Source: Hormiphora californensis
Lineage: Eukaryota; Animalia; Ctenophora
Reading direction: 5' to 3'
Length of the DNA stretch: 64,000 bases
Assembly (NCBI GenBank): GCA_020137815.1
Contig: CM035354.1
Location: 5,022,001 to 5,086,000, forward strand
A model generated the notes under the pieces. That model saw only the letters and a list, made by a program, of their open reading frames with translations, ran no database searches and had not been told where the DNA came from. Below, piece after piece: positions 58,992 to 64,000 of the stretch. Each line of letters starts with the position of its first letter. Position 1 is the first letter of the stretch. A program made the translations under genes and the position numbers.

Positions 58992-61936
58992 ATGGGAGAA
59001 AGCAATCTACAGAACTTTGTTATGAAGGAAGCTGAGAGACAATTGCAAACACCAGAGGTCTGTAAAATGTTATCTGCCTTAGTGGACTATCATATTTAAC
59101 GCATGATAGCGGGATATAAATGTTCGATATTATTATTATTATATTATTCAAACTATACAAACTAGTAAGCCCGCTCGCCCTACGGGCGAATGTCGGGGAT
59201 GGTCAATGGTCAATGGTCATACAGTAAACTAAGCAAATAGTGTAGTGTCATTTGAAATTTTTTTAAATCAGTAAATTTATCAGGTAAATTAACCACAGCG
59301 ATTCCTTCGACAGAAAAACCACGGGTCCTCTTTTGCCAGGTCCTGAAGTATTTTATGAAGGAGCACATTTGCAAACGTATTACTGCCATTTCTTATTAGT
59401 GCTATTGATACTTTGTTATTACGTGTGTTGACAACATTTTTTGAATAATAATCACCTCTTTTGTAGGATTCTATCACGTAGTCTATAGGCGTCAGCGCCA
59501 GTTTGGGACATATGGCTCCTCCAAACTCGCTGGCGATTGTGTTGAAGTTGAGTAGCCATGTTCACGAAACGTGGTGAACAGGGGGTGAACAGATCAAATC
59601 GAGCAAACGATCAATCACACAACCGGCAGAGAGATGAATCAAGGATGCACGTGCAGTTTAAGGCTCAAGCTGGCAGGTTGCCAGGGTCCCTCTAGGGACA
59701 ACACGTGCAAAAGGCCATTTCCAGGAATTTTGTGCCATATTTGGTAAAAATACCATCACCCATCATTTCCCTATTTGCTTTAATAATAGTATGATGTATT
59801 GGACACCAAATATCAAATACTGTTGGTGCTACATAGCTAATAAAAATACCACTTTTCAGGGTGAAATAGAGAGCGAGAAGCTACAATCTTTCTACAGTGA
59901 CGCACTGGCCTCCATCAAAAAGTAAGGATACCTATAATAAAGTGTAGGTCTGTCGAGTTTTTATCTAGCATTCTTTCTGTTCCAGGATGTCTGATTTATG
60001 TCTCCTGTGCATTGACAATTTTAAAGGAACCGGTTCTCCAACATTTGATTCTCTTCACCGGAATCTTGCTGCTATAACCGGGAAGGGCCCTCCTCCACAA
60101 TCTGTTGTTGGATATGTCCACGATCAAAGCTTTCCTCTGGATCAAATTATAAGAGTCTTTGCAATGGACTGGATATACTGTCCCATACCTATATCAAATC
60201 GAAGCTTCTATAAAACACGAGAGTGCTCAAAACTCACTATTGAAGTTGCTTCGTTCCCTGACCGCCCATTAGGATCGTCTTCCTGTCTGGCGTGTCTGAA
60301 AAAGACAATGTCGCATTGTGAAGTTTGTTCTTTCTGGTGCAAGTTGGCTGTCTCAACACAAGAGTTATCTCTAGATTGGCTTCTCTTCTCCTGGAGGGAA
60401 GGGGATGTCGACAAATCTTCAAACTTCATCGAAAGTACTATGAAAGCTGTGGCTGTTAATGTTTCAAACTGCAGACACCCAGAAGACAAGCACGTGAATG
60501 AACCATACCCTGAAGACACAGCATACGTTATAGCAACATCAGGAACCACAGGAACACCCAAATCAGTTGCCGTCCCAAACTCTTCTATCATCCCAAATAT
60601 CCTCTTCTTTCAAGAAAAATTCAAGATTACATCAGCCGATACAATCTTAATCTGCTCACCTCCCACATTTGACCCATTGATCATTGAGATGTCTCTTTTT
60701 CTGGTTGGCGGAGCGAATAATATCATACAAATTAGTTCCGATGATATGTATGGCCAAACTCTTTCCACCAGCATCAGGAATTCAACGGTCGTCATGTGTA
60801 CCCCATCTCTCCTAACCATGATACCTCGATCCAAACTCTCGGACACCATATCACATTTGAGGATCTTGGCCCTTGGAGGGGAGACGTTTCCACAACACAT
60901 CCTCCCCCTTGCCTCTCCCAACACCCAGCTGTTTGACATGTACGGAGTAACAGAACAGTCCGTTTGGAGTATCCTTCGTGATGTCCGAGAAGAGGGAACC
61001 TCGCTGGGGATGGCAGTACCAGGTACTGAGTACCGTGTTAATGAGGATACTGGGGAGTTGGAGCTGGGAGGAGAGAGGAGGTGTTATATCAACGGGGAAA
61101 CTTGGGAGGGTTGGTATCGGACTGGAGATAGGGTGGAGAATGGTCGGATCGTGGGGAGACTAGGTAGAGACCAGGTGAAGATCCACGGAAAGTTGATATG
61201 CAGGAATACCATCCGGGATGCGATCCAATTTGAACTTCAACTTGAGTCCTATCTTCTGATAGAAGATGATCACAAACTGATTCTGTTCATCTACTCAGAC
61301 AGAGACATCCCAGAGATGGTGATCAGACAAAGACTCAGGGCGGTCCTTCCCTCTCACTACAAGTTCGATGAAATTATAATGGTCGATGATCAACAATTAC
61401 CGCTAACTACACACAACAAAGTCGATGAGAGAAAGTTACGAAAGGTCGTATCTTCAATTCGTGCTCGCAGTTTACCGCTACCCCTGACAGAGATAAATCT
61501 GAGGAATGTGTTAACCCAGTTTGGTTTTGTGAGGGGGTTACAATTAGAGAGACTGGGGGAAAACACACTCCTGATTGAAACTGGTTTGGATTCAATTGAT
61601 CTGCTCCAACTTGCCACCCTTTTAAAATCTACTTTTTTAAACTTTGCAGGATCCGATCTTAATGAGCTGCTGATGTCTCTAATGCATTGTCCTGTACAGA
61701 ATCTTTTCCAGTCACTCCTCCATAGAAACAAGAATGATCCAGACTCAACTGATGATGGAGTTATAGACGCTGAAGTCAGCACTAAATCAGAAGACACACT
61801 TCACACGGTGTCCCTTAAGGAGGTGAAACCTCGACTAGATACAGTTTTTTGGAGACCGGACCTAGGTTACGTATTTTTGACCGAGGAATCCGAAAAACAT
61901 AAAATTAAAATCGAAAACGTAGCGGTTTTTGCGTAA
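58992..61936 (+). CDS. AASDH: AASDH/ACSF4 NRPS-like enzyme: adenylation and carrier domains, truncated by a transposon
   Basis: Exons 58992-59057, 59860-59921, 59986-61936 splice in frame; AYVIATSGTTGTPK, GGE, MYGVTE, YRTGD, LPLT..KVD, carrier motif GLDSI. The last ~44 codons are transposon-derived. Confidence 0.85.
59162..59794 (-). mobile_element. 633-bp non-autonomous Helitron in AASDH intron 1
   Basis: On the - strand A|TCATACTATTATTAAAG ... hairpin TCGCCC-GTA-GGGCGA ~10 nt before CTAG|T; no TSD. Confidence 0.85.
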
Positions 61937-63289
61937 AACGGCAAAAACTGTCATTTTTCAGCGATTTTCGACTTTTTACGCTTTCTAGAGATTTTAAAAA
62001 TATTTCCTTACAAGATATGATCTTGTGCTTCTAGACTAATAAAATACAATCGATTTGCTACAAATTGGTCCCGGGTTTGTGTGATTTGGTCAAAAGCTTT
62101 CTTTACTGTGGCCCATCAAAGATGGCCACTCTGCAAATACGTTTTTGGCTCCTGTGGCTGCAGATGTAAACCAAAAGAAGATTTATTATACACCAAAATT
62201 TGCGTCTTCTCAAGGCGAACAACCTGGTTTTTACGAAATTTGATTTCATGCAGGCGTTCAAAAATTACAGCCGAAAAACTGGTACAGTGGATTTCGGAAA
62301 TACCCCTACTTCAACAAACCCTAATCCAGATAAGATTTCGAAAAATATACAAATTTATACATGAAAATGAAGCTCAGACAAATGCCAACGTGATGAAAAA
62401 AACGGGAAGTATGTAACTTATTTCGTTTAGAAGCTATAGCGAAAATAAAAGTGCTTATATTTGCCTTGAAAGCACCCTCTAAAAGCCCTGAAAAATAGCA
62501 AATCTGTCTAAAAATGCAATACGAATAAAATGTCACCTCCAGTGCACCAACTTAGCCCCCTGTGGACAGAATTTGTTTGAAATTGTCAGAAATTGTCTAA
62601 AAGTATGGTTTTTAGAGGGTGTTTTCAAGGCAAATATAAGCACTTTTATTTTGGCTATAGCTTCTAAACGAAATAAGTTACATACTTCCCGTTTTTTTCA
62701 TCACGTTGGCATTTGTCTGAGCTTCATTTTCATGTATAAATTTGTATATTTTTCGAAATCTTATCTGGATTAGGGTTTGTTGAAGTAGGGGTATTTCCGA
62801 AATCCACTGTACCAGTTTTTCGGCTGTAATTTTTGAACGCCTGCATGAAATCAAATTTCGTAAAAACCAGGTTGTTCGCCTTGAGAAGACGCAAATTTTG
62901 GTGTATAATAAATCTTCTTTTGGTTTACATCTGCAGCCACAGGAGCCAAAAACGTATTTGCAGAGTGGCCATCTTTGATGGGCCACAGTAAAGAAAGCTT
63001 TTGACCAAATCACACAAACCCGGGACCAATTTGTAGCAAATCGATTGTATTTTATTAGTCTAGAAGCACAAGATCATATCTTGTAAGGAAATATTTTTAA
63101 AATCTCAAGAAAGCGTAAAAAGTCGAAAATCGCTGAAAATGACAGTTTTTGCCGTTTTACGCAAAAACCGCTACGTTTTCGATTTTAATTTTATGTTTTT
63201 CGGATTCCTCGGTCAAAAATACGTAACCTAGGTCCGGTCTCCAAAAAACTGTATCTAGTCGAGGTTTCACCTCCTTAAGGGACACCGTG
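61804..63289. mobile_element. 1.49-kb foldback element with Chapaev-like CACGG termini and 4-bp TSD
   Basis: TTCA|CACGGTGTCCCTTAAGGAGG...CCTCCTTAAGGGACACCGTG|TTCA; ~680-bp near-identical arms. Confidence 0.9.
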
Positions 63290-63293
63290 TTCA

Positions 63294-64000
63294 TTCTAAC
63301 CAGTTTCAAGTTCTAAGTCGATCCTACCTCTCCCTTTGTGTGGACAGCTCCCCCGTAATATTCTCCCTGCCAGACGGTACCAACTGTTTCTGTGTCGGGT
63401 CATCATGCAGGTATACTTCTGTGCTGCTACACTGCCTGATTCCCGTAACAATTTGGGAGACAGATCTCGGCAGTCGTATCAAGTCCTCTCCGTGTGTCCT
63501 AAAACAGTCTAGTATTTGTTGGAACCTATGGGGGTGAGATATGTGAGATATCCATGTTAAGTGGTGATGTGATACGGAGAGTGGTTAACAGGTGATCAGG
63601 TGACGTGTTCTCCCGTGGCATCAGTTAGTGTGGTGTACTGTGGTTCTCATGATGGGAGAGCTATACAGAATACCACCGGGAGGGAGTGGTGATGTGATCT
63701 CCGTATCCCTGAAAGACCCTGTGATATTGCTCTCCCTATCATTCTACCAAACAACTCTGTTATTGTCATCACTAGATCAGGTCGGATATCTCTGTTCGAT
63801 TCTAACTTGTCCACACGACTTAAAACCTTCTCAACGGAACGCTATACGAAGGCAAAAGGGTTATCATGTTTTTAGTAACCCAGTGTTAGGAGGTAATGGG
63901 TTTCTGTATGTTGCTACGGTATGTGGCACTGTGTTCCGACTACATTCAGCCACCCTTCAAGACTGTAAAACTAAGAGGGATTTAAAAACTGAGATATACT
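63294..64000 (+). pseudogene. AASDH: Disconnected, frameshifted PQQ-type beta-propeller portion of AASDH (runs off the window)
   Basis: In frame with the upstream exon once the insertion is removed (DTLHSNQF...CVDSSP...WETDLGSRIKSSPCV); later blades VFVGTYGG, VYCGSHDG and FSNPV lie in shifting frames. Confidence 0.7.

Overview
Eukaryotic (metazoan) genomic DNA with compact, often intronless genes, nested antisense genes, (CT)n microsatellites and many young transposons. The style suggests a small-genome marine invertebrate such as a ctenophore, but the sequence cannot prove this. From 1 to 33.5 kb is one large spliced + strand gene (5' end not found) encoding eight tandem copies of an unrecognised ~95-aa beta-rich domain, a disordered linker, an E/R/K helix and a KIAA2012-like tail. 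Its introns and upstream region hold foldback elements, MITEs, a Helitron and a retroposon. From 33.9 to 43.3 kb on the - strand are LRRC63-like and CCDC192-like genes, with a nested CXorf65-like gene under an RFX X-box and an intact CR1-group LINE. From 44.2 to 64 kb on the + strand are NPRL2, an MTMR6/7/8-type myotubularin, TRMT10, PSMC1, ARMC8 (with a nested GPCR), a UBC9 paralogue lacking the catalytic Cys, and AASDH split by a foldback transposon. Top leads: (1) the 8x beta-domain protein; (2) an acceptor-like AG just before every start codon plus very short spacers, suggesting SL trans-spliced operons; (3) a predicted -1 ribosomal frameshift in the LINE; (4) the dead SUMO E2; (5) the transposon-truncated NRPS-like AASDH. 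All homology calls are from recalled motifs, not database searches.
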